Source: Candidatus Binatia bacterium (GTDB lineage: Bacteria; Desulfobacterota; Binatia; UBA12015). Taken from it: a stretch of 64,000 bases of DNA. Location: NCBI GenBank assembly GCA_019749875.1, contig JAIEPK010000479.1, forward strand, positions 7,184 to 71,183, given 5' to 3'. A model generated the notes under the pieces. It saw only the letters and a list, made by a program, of their open reading frames with translations, was not told the DNA's origin and did no database searches. The first letter of the stretch is position 1, and each line of letters starts with the position of its first letter. Below, piece after piece: positions 1 through 9,767 of the stretch. The position numbers and the translations under genes were made by a program.

Positions 1-286
1 TCAGGCGTCCCGCTAAAGGGAGCGGACTCGGCCTGCCAAGGCGACCGCCCGGGGCGGCGGCGCCCGCACATGCCCCCGCCGCGACAATCGCCACAACCCA
101 CCAAAACCCCGACTGAGACGTCATCACACTAATCGAGCTACCGCGTTTCGCATCCACGTCGGTGTCCTTGACGCGGCGACAATCGAGCAACTCGCACTCC
201 AGCGTCGCGAAAAGCTCTCGCACATCCCGTTTTCGTCGCCGGACCGAGTCCATCGATTTACACGCGCACCATCCAATGCGATCCAA

Positions 287-323
287 ACCTCGGTGGACAT
301 CCCAAATTTGGCCTTCGATGTCG
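287..323 (+). repeat. Copy 1 (diverged) of a ~47-nt repeat family, core acctcggtggacaYcccaRat
   Basis: acctcggtggacatcccaaatttggccttcgatgtcgcc shares a 21-mer with copy 2 with one mismatch, then partial matches. Confidence 0.5.
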
Positions 324-441
324 CCCGATGCCAGATTCACACCAGAGACCGAGTGGGTGTGCACGATCGACACGATGCGCGATCCTCGCCCGCAGGCTGA
401 GGGCAAGAGACGAGTGGCAAGACACAAGAAGCGGCCGTGCG

Positions 442-1089
442 TTAACGAGCAGCAGCGTACACGCTCGGCGCCGAAGCAAACCGCACTACGCACTCAAGCG
501 AGCAGAACCAGAAGTCCCGGTCATCGAAACGCAGGTGTCCGCTCGTCGCACCGGGGACGACGCTCATCCGGCACACCGGGTCGATGACCGTGCTGCCGCG
601 GCTCAGCGCGCCAAGTTCGACAGAAAAGAGTTCCACGGGCTCGACCAGGTTACGCAGTGCGACGGCGCCGAGAGGACTCGTCGCGATTCCGCGCGCTGCA
701 GCGCGCGCCGCCACCACGGCGGTTGCCAGGATCTGCCCGCCACGAGCCTGCCCCGCGACACGCGCAGCAACGTTCACGGCGGTACCGATCCAGCGATCAC
801 CGCGTAGGACGGCGTCGCCGTGGTGGAGTCCCGCGCGGAGAGCGGGAAAGTCCGACTCGAGCTGCGCGCGCTCGAAGATTCGCGCGACGCTCCCGATCGC
901 GCCCTCGGGCATCTCGCTCACAAGAAACGCGGCGTCTCCGATCATGTCGACGACGGCCGCCTCGCCTTCGAGAGCACCTTCGACGATTGCACCGAACCGG
1001 GCGATCAGATCCGCGGCCGCATGGTCGCCGTGTGCTTCCGTGAGCGCCGTGAATCCTGCCAGATCGACGAAGCAGAACGTGGCCTCCAT
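442..1089 (-). CDS. Adenylate/guanylate cyclase catalytic domain protein with C-terminal YHS (TRASH-like) metal-binding domain
   Basis: Class III cyclase motifs (FCFVDLAGFTALTE, GDAAF, GLHHGDAV, RWIGTAVNVAARV). C-terminal DPVCRMSV...FWFCSLEC matches the YHS pattern. Start taken at MEATF, ATG at 1087-1089; the longer ORF N-terminus is Arg/Thr-rich junk. Confidence 0.7.
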   Translation of the reverse strand: MEATFCFVDLAGFTALTEAHGDHAAADLIARFGAIVEGALEGEAAVVDMIGDAAFLVSEMPEGAIGSVARIFERAQLESDFPALRAGLHHGDAVLRGDRWIGTAVNVAARVAGQARGGQILATAVVAARAAARGIATSPLGAVALRNLVEPVELFSVELGALSRGSTVIDPVCRMSVVPGATSGHLRFDDRDFWFCSLECVVRFASAPSVYAAAR

Positions 1090-1135
1090 CCGTCTCGATT
1101 CCCGTCCGAGATGACACCCGAGTCGATGGACGAAG

Positions 1136-2041
1136 TCAACGGTCACCCTCGCGTGCAGCGGGTCGGCGGAACGGCCAGAGGTGTTGACCCAGCCAGTCGA
1201 GTGGCAGGTCCGGCTCGTCGTCCATCCCGACGTCCGGCGGTGCGTCGCCCAGCTTGTGCAACGTGGTGCCGAACAGGGCGTCCCACACGGAGAGCAACGC
1301 GCCATAGTTTCCCTGGACGTCCGCGTAGAGCCGCTGGTGGTGCCAGCGATGGAGTTCCGCGACGGAGAAAACCCGCCGGAGAATACCCGCACGGTAAGCG
1401 ATGTTGGCGTGCTGAAGCATCAGATGGATCGTGATCGTCGCGAAGCCGCAAGCCACTACGTCGACCGGGGCACCGATCAGCCACAGCACGACCAATCCGG
1501 GCGCGCCCTCGATCGCCTCGTGCAACACGTGACGTCGTTGGCCGTTCATCCAATAGACGCGACGGGGCCCGTGATGGATCGCGTGAAGGCGCCACAGCCA
1601 AGGGACCGAGTGGCTCAGTCGGTGCACCCAGTAGAGCCCGAGATCGATGATCCCAAGCCCGAGGAGGAACTGCGCTGGGAATGGCCACTCGTGGGGCCAC
1701 ACCTGCATCGTCGAGTCGCGGGCGCGCAGTGCGGCGCCGTAGGTGAGGATCGCCAGCTGGCTCACGGCGAGGTTCGCCGTGAGATGCATGCGGTCCGCCG
1801 CGACGTCGCCGTGCGGCTCGAGCCAGGCTGCGGCGTACGGCCGACATCGTTCGAGCACCACGACGATCGCGGCGCACAGCAGCACCACCGGAGGTGCGAC
1901 AGCCCAGTACGAGACGCCCTCGGCAACGGAACCGACGACGAGGGCGACGCCTCCTCCGACCACGAGCGGATAGACCGCGCGGTCGGCGAGCGAGTGCAGG
2001 GCCGTCGCCACGGCGAATCGGGATCGTGTCGCAGCTTGCAT
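1136..2041 (-). CDS. Fatty acid hydroxylase / sterol desaturase family membrane protein
   Basis: Histidine boxes HRLSH, HAIHH, HRWHH in a hydrophobic protein of ~300 aa. Confidence 0.75.
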   Translation of the reverse strand: MQAATRSRFAVATALHSLADRAVYPLVVGGGVALVVGSVAEGVSYWAVAPPVVLLCAAIVVVLERCRPYAAAWLEPHGDVAADRMHLTANLAVSQLAILTYGAALRARDSTMQVWPHEWPFPAQFLLGLGIIDLGLYWVHRLSHSVPWLWRLHAIHHGPRRVYWMNGQRRHVLHEAIEGAPGLVVLWLIGAPVDVVACGFATITIHLMLQHANIAYRAGILRRVFSVAELHRWHHQRLYADVQGNYGALLSVWDALFGTTLHKLGDAPPDVGMDDEPDLPLDWLGQHLWPFRRPAAREGDR

Positions 2042-2100
2042 GCACGGATGCGTGCCACGAATGTCGGCGCCCGACTTGAACGAACTTGCTATTTTTCCGC

Positions 2101-2919
2101 CTACTCGCTCCGCGGCGCTGCTGGTGACGAGCGGATCATCCAGTCCACGGACCGCGCGATGTCCGAGGGCACAAGACCGAACATCCGCCGGAACACCCGT
2201 GTCAGGTGGGCGGCGTCAGCAAACCCGGCGGCATGCGCCGCGCTCGTGACGCTCTCTCCCGCGGCGAGAGCAGCGGCGGCTCTCTGCAGGCGAAGCCACA
2301 GCACGTACGGCCGCAGGGGAATCCCGACCTGAGCGGAGAAGACGTGCGAAAGCCGGCTCGTGGAGACTTCCGCATGCCGTGCGAGCGTTGCGAGAGTCGG
2401 GTGCGCCGCATCCTCGTCCAGCAGAGACGGAAGCACTGCGAGCGACGAGCGAACGCCCGGATGCAGCGGCTCGGGGGGAATCCCGGGCGCACCGAGCGCG
2501 TCAAGCAACCCCTCCGTGGCGGCGTCCGCCTCGTCCCAGGACGACGGCAGTGAGGTTGGCGCCGCCACAACGAGCCGCTTTCCCGCATCGACACAACTCT
2601 CGAACGTGCTTCCGGATGCCTTCGCGCGACGCCCGAGCAGCGAGCGAACACGCGAGGTCTGCGGGTCGAGGTAGAGCAGGACGACGGCACGGGATGTCGA
2701 TTCGATCGCGTGAGGCTGATCTGGCGGGATGAGCGCCGCGACGCACCTGCCCGCCGAGCCGTCGCTGGCGCGCAGACCGATCGGTTCGCCGAGCGAAACG
2801 ACGACCTGGACGGCATGATGCGCGTGCATCGAGGTGGGACCGACCGGACCGGCGTAGAGCATCTGCCCGGTGCCAAGAAAGAGCCGACCGCGCCACGGCG
2901 GAACCGAGATGTTCTTCAT
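2101..2919 (-). CDS. AraC family transcriptional regulator
   Basis: C-terminal AraC HTH signature (TLATLARHAEVSTSRLSHVFSAQVG...HLTRVFRRMFG). ATG at 2917-2919. Confidence 0.75.
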   Translation of the reverse strand: MKNISVPPWRGRLFLGTGQMLYAGPVGPTSMHAHHAVQVVVSLGEPIGLRASDGSAGRCVAALIPPDQPHAIESTSRAVVLLYLDPQTSRVRSLLGRRAKASGSTFESCVDAGKRLVVAAPTSLPSSWDEADAATEGLLDALGAPGIPPEPLHPGVRSSLAVLPSLLDEDAAHPTLATLARHAEVSTSRLSHVFSAQVGIPLRPYVLWLRLQRAAAALAAGESVTSAAHAAGFADAAHLTRVFRRMFGLVPSDIARSVDWMIRSSPAAPRSE

Positions 2920-5282
2920 GAAGACCGGTTATCGAGGTGGTGGTTCGGACCTGCCCGGCCCGGCGTATTCTCGTACGTGCCTACATCCGCCACGCGCACG
3001 AGGTGCTCGTCCCCCGTGCGGCATGCGTCGCGACAATCGCACCCGGGGTGCGTGCATCGAAACCGGAACCTCACGCAGCGAGCCTGACTGGGAAGCGGAC
3101 CGAGCTTCACCGAGTGCCGTCGCGAGCCGGCCATCACGCCCCCGACCAGAGCGACCACGTCCGTCGAGATCGGTCCATCGTCCACGCTCCACGACAGTTG
3201 TCCGGGGCAGTTCGTGACGACGGCGAGCTGATCCCCAGGCTGCATCGTCGTCACCAGATTCGTGAACGTCCAGACGGTGACGTGTGGAACCAGGTGACGA
3301 TCGAGATCGAGTGGCGGCGCCTCGCCGACGCCGCGGTAGACATTCTTCAGGTGCGTCCGGAACAAGTCGTCGAACTCCTCGTCGCTGCCCGAGTCCTGAT
3401 CGTCCCCGAACCACCAAAACCAATCACTGCCCTCTGCCGCATAAAGTGCTTCGAAGGCCCAGCTGCATGCGTCCGCATCACAACCCTTTGAGGCGAGAAG
3501 CTCCCGCGCCTTCCGCAACAGGTCCCAGGCACAGTTCTCTTCGGGCTCGCCGATCCACGTTCCCAGATCGACTCCGGATGCAGATCCCGCCTCGTCGATC
3601 CAGGAGCCGGTGAACAGTTCATGGACACGGCGCAATCGATCGGGACGATGTGGCAGTAACCCACGCGCCGGCTCCCCCCGCAGATATTCGGCGAACGTGA
3701 CGGTCTGCAGCTGCTCGTCCGCGGCGAGTGCCTCGTAGAGGGCGTGGAGAAACAGGCGGCCGTCATCGCGATAGGCACCCCAGGCATTCTCGCCATCGAG
3801 GACGACCGTCACGACCCGGTCGGGATCGTCGTCGAGACACTGAATTGTACGGCTCCTCAGCTGAGCCACGAAATCGGCCGCCGCGGAATGCGGATCATCC
3901 CAGCCCTGGTAGCGGAACCCGATGGCATCCGAGAGCTCGTGGTCACGAAAGTACACGACGACCGAGGCTTGCCCCTCCTCTGCCCGGTACGGCCGACACA
4001 GCACGTCCGGATCGCGCACGTCATAACCCCACCGCCCGGAGCGTGCGAGGACCCCGGCGTCGCTCGCGATCCAGCCGATGTCGTGGCGTGCGAACGTCGG
4101 CACGACGAACTGGCTGACCGCACCCTCTGCGGGCCACATGCCCGTCGGACGACGCCCGAACCGGCGTTCGTAGAACTCGACCGCGCGGCGAACCTGAGCT
4201 TCCGCATCCTCCGGATACGAGAACCGTGTCGGGAGGCGAGTCGCTGGACGATCGATCGTCGCGCGATCCGTGTCGACGAGCAGCGGCAGGATGGGGTGAT
4301 AGAAGGGCGTCGTCGAAATCTCGATCTGCCCCCCGTCCTGCAGGGCGCGATGGATCGGAATCACCGCACGCATCACCTCGTATTGCGCGGCCACGATCTC
4401 CTTCACGTCGGCGCTGGTGAAGCCGCACCCGCGCTCGACGAAGCGATGAACCGCGATCCGCACCCCACCCTCCAGCTCGATCTCGCCGTCGCGGAACTCC
4501 TTGCCGAACCACGCGAGATTGAACCACGCCTGGAGGTCGCAGATGTCCTGCTCCGTGAACGGCCGACGCGCCCTTCGCTGCAGAAACAGCTCCTTGTAGC
4601 GCTCGTGCAGAAAGATCTGGTTGTGCCAGTCGGCGTCGAAGAAGCTCGACAGGATCTGCTCGCGTTCGGCCATCATCAAGTCGACGGGTGACCGGAGGGT
4701 GAGCTCGAGTGCTTCGTCCGTCGCTCCGCGCTCGACATAGTCCTCGATCTGCCAGAGCAGCGACGGCGACAAATTGATCGTCAAGTGGATTTCCGGGTGC
4801 TGCGCGACGATGGCCGCCATCGAGTAGTAGTCACGGATCGCGTGCAGGCGTACCCACGGCTGCCGGTAGCTGCCGCGGGGGTCGGAACGTTGCGTGTCTC
4901 TGTAGAGCGGCTGGTGCTGATGCCACAGGATGGCGACGCGGAGCGGCTCGATGCGAAAGGCGAATGCTCCGCTGTCGACCCGACCAGCCGCGGACGAGCC
5001 GCCGACCGCATACTCGACTCGGTCGCCCACCGAGAAGGGACCAAGCGCCGCTTGCCAATAGCTGTTCACACCGTCGTTGTGTTGCCACGTCGCTTCCACG
5101 CGGCCGCTGCTCGACGGGCCGTCCCGGTGGAGCGCTCGCCAGGACACCGAAACGTGCTGGTCCGGTTCGATCGGCCACGTCCCGATGGACAGCACGGCGA
5201 CCTGTCCACCACTCGCGCGCTGCAGCAAGCGCGGTGTGTCGGGATGCAGATGCCAGAGGTTCACGGTTTCGTCCTCGCGCAC
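2916..5282 (-). CDS. Glycoside hydrolase family 57 alpha-glucan enzyme with N-terminal extra domain (amylopullulanase/branching-enzyme-like)
   Basis: GH57 signatures LWHQHQPLYRD and DGENAWGAY; 788 aa. Probable GTG start at 5282. Confidence 0.75.
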   Translation of the reverse strand: MREDETVNLWHLHPDTPRLLQRASGGQVAVLSIGTWPIEPDQHVSVSWRALHRDGPSSSGRVEATWQHNDGVNSYWQAALGPFSVGDRVEYAVGGSSAAGRVDSGAFAFRIEPLRVAILWHQHQPLYRDTQRSDPRGSYRQPWVRLHAIRDYYSMAAIVAQHPEIHLTINLSPSLLWQIEDYVERGATDEALELTLRSPVDLMMAEREQILSSFFDADWHNQIFLHERYKELFLQRRARRPFTEQDICDLQAWFNLAWFGKEFRDGEIELEGGVRIAVHRFVERGCGFTSADVKEIVAAQYEVMRAVIPIHRALQDGGQIEISTTPFYHPILPLLVDTDRATIDRPATRLPTRFSYPEDAEAQVRRAVEFYERRFGRRPTGMWPAEGAVSQFVVPTFARHDIGWIASDAGVLARSGRWGYDVRDPDVLCRPYRAEEGQASVVVYFRDHELSDAIGFRYQGWDDPHSAAADFVAQLRSRTIQCLDDDPDRVVTVVLDGENAWGAYRDDGRLFLHALYEALAADEQLQTVTFAEYLRGEPARGLLPHRPDRLRRVHELFTGSWIDEAGSASGVDLGTWIGEPEENCAWDLLRKARELLASKGCDADACSWAFEALYAAEGSDWFWWFGDDQDSGSDEEFDDLFRTHLKNVYRGVGEAPPLDLDRHLVPHVTVWTFTNLVTTMQPGDQLAVVTNCPGQLSWSVDDGPISTDVVALVGGVMAGSRRHSVKLGPLPSQARCVRFRFRCTHPGCDCRDACRTGDEHLVRVADVGTYENTPGRAGPNHHLDNRSS

Positions 5283-5322
5283 GCTCGCGGCGTCGCCAAC
5301 GGACTGCCTCTCCTGGGCGTCG

Positions 5323-6747
5323 TCAGCCGGGCGCCACGTCGAGCGTACCCATCATGCCCTGATCCTCGTGCTCGGCGATGTGACAGTGATAAACCGTTCG
5401 GCCCGCGAAGTCGCGCAGCGGTACCGCGATCTGAACCGTCTCGCTCCTCCGTACGTTCACGACGTCCTTCCACACGACGGCGCTCTCAGCCACACCGTTC
5501 CTCGACAATACCTGGAACGGATACGTGTGGAGGTGAAACGGATGGTCCATTCCGCCTCGGTTTTCGATCTCCCAGATCTCGAGATTGCCCAGGCGCGACG
5601 CGAGGTCGACCCGCGTGGGGTCGAACTCCTTCCCGTTGATCGAGAAGCGGGCGCCCATCATCGCCTCGCCGAGGACGAGGCCGCGCGTGACGTCGGCCGG
5701 CCGCCCACGAAAATCCTCCACGGTCGCGAGCGCGGTCGGGAGAAGCCTCGGCGCGCGCTCCGTACGGCGAACGAGCGTCATCAGCTGCACGGCCTCGCGG
5801 CCCACGCCTGTCCCTCCCATACCACCCATCATCATCGCGGCACCTCGGTCGTAGGGAAGATCGAGCAGCGCAAAGGTTCCCTGCCGCTCGAGCAACACGA
5901 GCACCTCCGCTCGTTCTCCCGGCGCCAGAAGAATCTCTTCGACGACGACCGGCGTCGCGAGCGCGTGACCGTCGGTAGCGAGGAGGTGGAACGCGTGCTC
6001 CTGCAGAGCGAGGCGATAGTAGCGCGCGTTGCTCGCGTTCAGGATGTGCAGGCGAAGCGCACCGCGAGTTGCAACGAGCACGGGATCGAGAGTCCCGTTC
6101 ACCAGGCGAAGGCTGCCCTCCTTGCCGCGTCGCCAATCCGGGGGAAGGTGCGGTGCCGGACGATCACCGTCCAACTCCAGGTCCTTCAGGACGAGGATGT
6201 GCTCCTCTGCGCCGGACAACGCGAACTCGGCAGTCGCGGGCTCGACCAGGATCGGGCCAGCGAGTCCCGCGAAGAGCTGCCGTGCGACCCGGCCGTGGAC
6301 GTGTGGATGGTACCAGTGCAGGCCCCGCGAGCCGCGAGGGACGTCGAACTCGTATGTCGCCGCCTCGCCTGGGGGCACCGCCAGGAACGGGTTGTCCACG
6401 GCCGGCGGGATGTGGAGGCCATGGAGGTGAAGGTTCGTCTCCTCCGGCAGCTGGTTGGTCAAGCGCAAACGAACACGATCGCCCTCTCGGACTCTGAGCA
6501 GCGGGCCTGGGAACGAGCCACCGTATGTCCACAGCTCCGCCCATGCATCCGCGACCCGAACCGTCGTGGCCGCCGCGGTGAGCTCGGCTTGGACCAATCC
6601 TGGCTCCAGGCGACGGCCCCTTAGCCGGCGCGGTGGTGGGAGCCCGAGTTGCGCCTGCTGCGCAATAGCGCGTCGTGAGACCAGCAGTCCCGCGGCGCCG
6701 GTTCCGAGAACTCGGAGCATCTGCCGCCGTCCGAGATTAGGAGACAT
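5323..6747 (-). CDS. Multicopper oxidase (CueO/CopA-like) with Tat signal
   Basis: Twin-arginine N-terminus SRRAIAQQ. Copper-binding His motifs HLHGLH, HWYHPHVHG, HPFHLH, HCHIAEHEDQGMM. ATG at 6745-6747 with GGAGGAAG RBS upstream. Confidence 0.85.
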   Translation of the reverse strand: MSPNLGRRQMLRVLGTGAAGLLVSRRAIAQQAQLGLPPPRRLRGRRLEPGLVQAELTAAATTVRVADAWAELWTYGGSFPGPLLRVREGDRVRLRLTNQLPEETNLHLHGLHIPPAVDNPFLAVPPGEAATYEFDVPRGSRGLHWYHPHVHGRVARQLFAGLAGPILVEPATAEFALSGAEEHILVLKDLELDGDRPAPHLPPDWRRGKEGSLRLVNGTLDPVLVATRGALRLHILNASNARYYRLALQEHAFHLLATDGHALATPVVVEEILLAPGERAEVLVLLERQGTFALLDLPYDRGAAMMMGGMGGTGVGREAVQLMTLVRRTERAPRLLPTALATVEDFRGRPADVTRGLVLGEAMMGARFSINGKEFDPTRVDLASRLGNLEIWEIENRGGMDHPFHLHTYPFQVLSRNGVAESAVVWKDVVNVRRSETVQIAVPLRDFAGRTVYHCHIAEHEDQGMMGTLDVAPG

Positions 6748-7429
6748 GGCTTCCTCCGGCTCCCGCAGATCGAGCCGTAGGCGGATGCACCCCGCCGCCC
6801 CGAATTCCGGGAATCAACGCTGGGACATTCGCCGCGTAGCGCTCCCATTCGCTTCCGAACTCCTCACGCACTTCGCGCTCCTCGCGGCGGGCGAGCCGGA
6901 AATACATCAGCACCAGCACGGGAAACATGGCCAGCGTCAGGATGGTCGGCCACTGGAGCAGGAAACCGAGGAGCACTGCGACGAATCCGACGTACTGCGG
7001 ATGGCGAATCACCGAGTATGGGCCCGCGGTGGCGAGATGGCCTTGGCGCTGCGCCTCGTAGAGGACTCGCCAGGCCGATGCGACCAGCAGCAGGCCCGAC
7101 ACGATCAGAAGCATGCTCGCGATGTGGATCGGGTTCGAGTGCGGGTCGCCGGAGAGGCCGAGCAGGGACCACCAGAGGTGGCCGGCATCGTGAGAAAGGA
7201 AATCCGTCCCTGGGTAGCGGCGACCGAGCCATCCCGAAAGGAGGTAGATCGTCAGGGGAAAGCCGTACATCTCGGCGAACAGCGCGACGATGAAGGCTGC
7301 GAACGCCCCGAACGATCGCCAATCGCGCCTCGACGTCGGACGGGCAAAGCTGAATGTGAAGATCAAGAACACCAGCGAGTTGATGATCACCAAGCCCCAG
7401 AGCCCATAGGCGGGTACGTCGTGATTCAT
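6737..7429 (-). CDS. Isoprenylcysteine carboxyl methyltransferase (ICMT) family membrane protein
   Basis: Polytopic membrane protein with the ICMT/PEMT-type motif SVIRHPQYVG...EE..L...FG..W..Y. Overlaps the multicopper oxidase gene start by 11 nt, implying an operon. Confidence 0.75.
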   Translation of the reverse strand: MNHDVPAYGLWGLVIINSLVFLIFTFSFARPTSRRDWRSFGAFAAFIVALFAEMYGFPLTIYLLSGWLGRRYPGTDFLSHDAGHLWWSLLGLSGDPHSNPIHIASMLLIVSGLLLVASAWRVLYEAQRQGHLATAGPYSVIRHPQYVGFVAVLLGFLLQWPTILTLAMFPVLVLMYFRLARREEREVREEFGSEWERYAANVPALIPGIRGGGVHPPTARSAGAGGSHVS

Positions 7430-7677
7430 GACCGGACTCCATGGTAGTCGCTCGAATGCTCGTTCGAGCGGTCATGCTCGGGAGTACGTCCGTGATGCCG
7501 CCCGTGTAATAGATGCATGAGCGGGCACAGAAGCAGCAGGACGTATGGAAGCACCCCGAACAGATGCGCACGGTGCTCCGTGAACAGAAAGAAGACGACG
7601 ATTCCGACGAACAACAGCACCGGGAGGTGACCCCACCCGTTTCGGGCGGGGTACTCCTTCGCATCCATTTCAGCCAT
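7426..7677 (-). CDS. DUF2933 family small membrane protein
   Basis: 83 aa, one TM helix, His-rich LMHLLHGRHHG. This type is common next to MCO/ICMT genes. ATG start; 4-nt overlap with the ICMT start. Confidence 0.65.
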   Translation of the reverse strand: MAEMDAKEYPARNGWGHLPVLLFVGIVVFFLFTEHRAHLFGVLPYVLLLLCPLMHLLHGRHHGRTPEHDRSNEHSSDYHGVRS

Positions 7678-7891
7678 GACGAGCCTCCGCGCTGTCTTTC
7701 GACGTCACAGAGGGCGACTGCTCGCTTGACGGTGCCAGGATCTCTCGCTCCGCCTGCAGCCAATCCTCGACTTCACAGCCATTGCCGCCATCGTGCCCTT
7801 CCCAGATCTCGTAGGCTCGGATCCGAATCCGCGCCACGACGTCCTCGTCACGATCCGATGGGACCTTCTCCGGTTGCAGTTGGGTTTCCAT
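7670..7891 (-). CDS. DUF2934 domain small protein
   Basis: RIRIRAYEIWEGHDG...DWLQAEREI matches the DUF2934 pattern. Strong AGGAGGA RBS before the ATG at 7889-7891. Confidence 0.65.
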   Translation of the reverse strand: METQLQPEKVPSDRDEDVVARIRIRAYEIWEGHDGGNGCEVEDWLQAEREILAPSSEQSPSVTSKDSAEARHG

Positions 7892-7900
7892 GATTTCCTC

Positions 7901-8896
7901 CTACTGATGTGGGCGCTCAAGCTCAGCGGGCGCGCCCTGAATTTCACGCCACTCTCGTTGTCCGGCCGGCGCATCCCCTCGGTGCGCGGCAGATGGAATC
8001 AGGTGGCCGAGCCGAGCCAGCGATTCGACGATTCGCTCCTCGCGTCCCCAGTCGCTCCAGTGCACACCGCGCACCGGGATTGCGGCGAGCCGCGACGGAA
8101 GCCGCTCGAACACCGCCTTCGAGAGCGAGCAGCTCGGCATGACGTCGTATGCGGCCCTGATCGTCGGTGCCTCGCCGGACGTCCCCAAGGCGCTCTCGAT
8201 GCGTTCGAATGTCCGGTGCAATCGCGGGACGGCCGCCCGAAAGAGCGCCCACAGGCTCGCGCCCCGTGCGACCGTCACCATCGTGCTCCAGAGATGACCG
8301 TCCTCGTACAGCCGAAGCGCGCACGCCGGTGGAGGCTTTTCCCAGAAGTTGGCGATCGGCAGCACGCAGCTCGAGCGATGTCGGCCGGCGCGCCGAACTT
8401 CGATCCATCCATACTCGGAATCGGGGCGGTCAGCCTCGACGCCGAGAAGCGACACCGTAGGTCGGCCACGGCGCGCCAGCCAGGCGCCGATCTCGACGTG
8501 CTGCATGAAACGTTCTTCCTCCTCGACGAAGTGATCCGATGGCAGCAGGACGACGCTCGCCTCGGGATCGGCATGAAGCACGTGGGCGAGCGGGAGGAGC
8601 GTTCCGGGGCCGGTTTCTCGATTCGCCGGCTGCACGATCACCGTGCCCGGAGCGCGAGCGGAAAGCTGCTCCCGAAAGATGTCCGCGTGGGACGCGTCGA
8701 CGACGGTCAGCACGCGCGCTGGCGGAATGAGGCGCTCCGCCCGTTGCCACGTCTGTTCGAGCATCGTCCGATCGCCGGTGATCGCACAGAACTGTTTGAT
8801 CGGATTCTCGTGCCCCAGCCGTTTCAGGAACGGCTGCAACCGTTGGCCGCTTCCACCGGCCAGGACGATTCCCCAGAGATCGCCCGTGTTCGTCAT
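7901..8896 (-). CDS. Mannose-1-phosphate guanylyltransferase-like sugar nucleotidyltransferase
   Basis: N-terminal GIVLAGGSGQRLQPF...KQF nucleotidyltransferase G-loop. Start taken at MTNTGDLWG, ATG at 8894-8896; the upstream part of the ORF is junk. Confidence 0.7.
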   Translation of the reverse strand: MTNTGDLWGIVLAGGSGQRLQPFLKRLGHENPIKQFCAITGDRTMLEQTWQRAERLIPPARVLTVVDASHADIFREQLSARAPGTVIVQPANRETGPGTLLPLAHVLHADPEASVVLLPSDHFVEEEERFMQHVEIGAWLARRGRPTVSLLGVEADRPDSEYGWIEVRRAGRHRSSCVLPIANFWEKPPPACALRLYEDGHLWSTMVTVARGASLWALFRAAVPRLHRTFERIESALGTSGEAPTIRAAYDVMPSCSLSKAVFERLPSRLAAIPVRGVHWSDWGREERIVESLARLGHLIPSAAHRGDAPAGQREWREIQGAPAELERPHQ

Positions 8897-9087
8897 GATT
8901 TGAACTCCTTGACAACGCGAACCGGCCACCGCCTCGCGGCGGAGCCAGGCTGGGTCCCTCGAGGCATTGGCGCCGTGGCGCCGCGCGATCGCAAACCGAC
9001 TCCGCCGGGGGGTTGAACCAGCACGGCAGGGCCAGTGATGCTCGCAGCAACGCAGCAAGACGCCGCCCTTGGACGGGCGTCAAGGAA

Positions 9088-9531
9088 TCAGATCAGAAGA
9101 CGAGACAAACGCAGGTAGCGGGGGCGATGCTGCGAGGACTCGGCGAGAGTCCATCGCGTACGCACACCGAACGGCGGGTTCGGCGCGTCCAGCGTCGCGA
9201 CTGCTTCGGACACGATCGTGGGGGCAGTGAGCGCCGGCGCTGACGGGATGACCGGACCCGTCGACCGCAGCTCGCAGCAGGTGCTATGGGAATCCCGCGC
9301 GTGGTGACTCACGCCACGGAATGCGACGCTACCCTGCTCCTGATGAACGGCGGCCCAGGAGTCACTTGCATGCTGGCGACCGTAGTGAGCCATCGTGCTC
9401 GAAGAAGCCACGGGGATCGGACACGACGAATCGGACGCGGCGTCGGCACACCGCAGTGCCAGATGAGGGAGGATGGCGATGAGCAACAGCCCTCGCCAAA
9501 CCCGCCCATGCCATGTGGGTCGCATCAACAT
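9088..9531 (-). CDS. Secreted hypothetical protein with His-rich HxxxxCC motif (paralog of 48636..49097)
   Basis: Signal-peptide-like N-terminus. Shares HS(E)H(R)TCC(D/E)L and a C-terminal PRYLR(L/F)..LLI with the 48636-49097 protein. Flanking DNA is also homologous. Confidence 0.45.
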   Translation of the reverse strand: MLMRPTWHGRVWRGLLLIAILPHLALRCADAASDSSCPIPVASSSTMAHYGRQHASDSWAAVHQEQGSVAFRGVSHHARDSHSTCCELRSTGPVIPSAPALTAPTIVSEAVATLDAPNPPFGVRTRWTLAESSQHRPRYLRLSRLLI

Positions 9532-9767
9532 CTTTCTTGCCGCAGAAATCGTGCCACTACTTCAAGGCGCATTTCATGGCTGCGCTTCCCAGAGTCCGGA
9601 AGGCGGCAGGGTCCCGATTCCTACCGTCGCCAAGTCGGCCAATCTCACGACGTCGTCGCTCGGCGCTTGCTCTCGCCAACTCCGGGATCCGAGGAACAGC
9701 TGCGGATGGGGGCGCCGGACAACGCCTCCCATCCGCCCGCTTCAGCGAGCCTCTTTCGCTGACACGA

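Noticed and set aside
1-441. Possible partial gene at the window edge, and plus ORFs at 162-587 and 328-807
   Set aside because: No recognisable motifs. The region holds repeat copy 1 and is probably the 3' UTR or intergenic region downstream of the cyclase gene.
7793-9016. 407-aa plus-strand ORF over the ManC-like gene, and the 6455-7447 plus ORF over the ICMT gene
   Set aside because: No motifs and Arg-rich composition. The opposite strand encodes recognisable enzymes with good start contexts.
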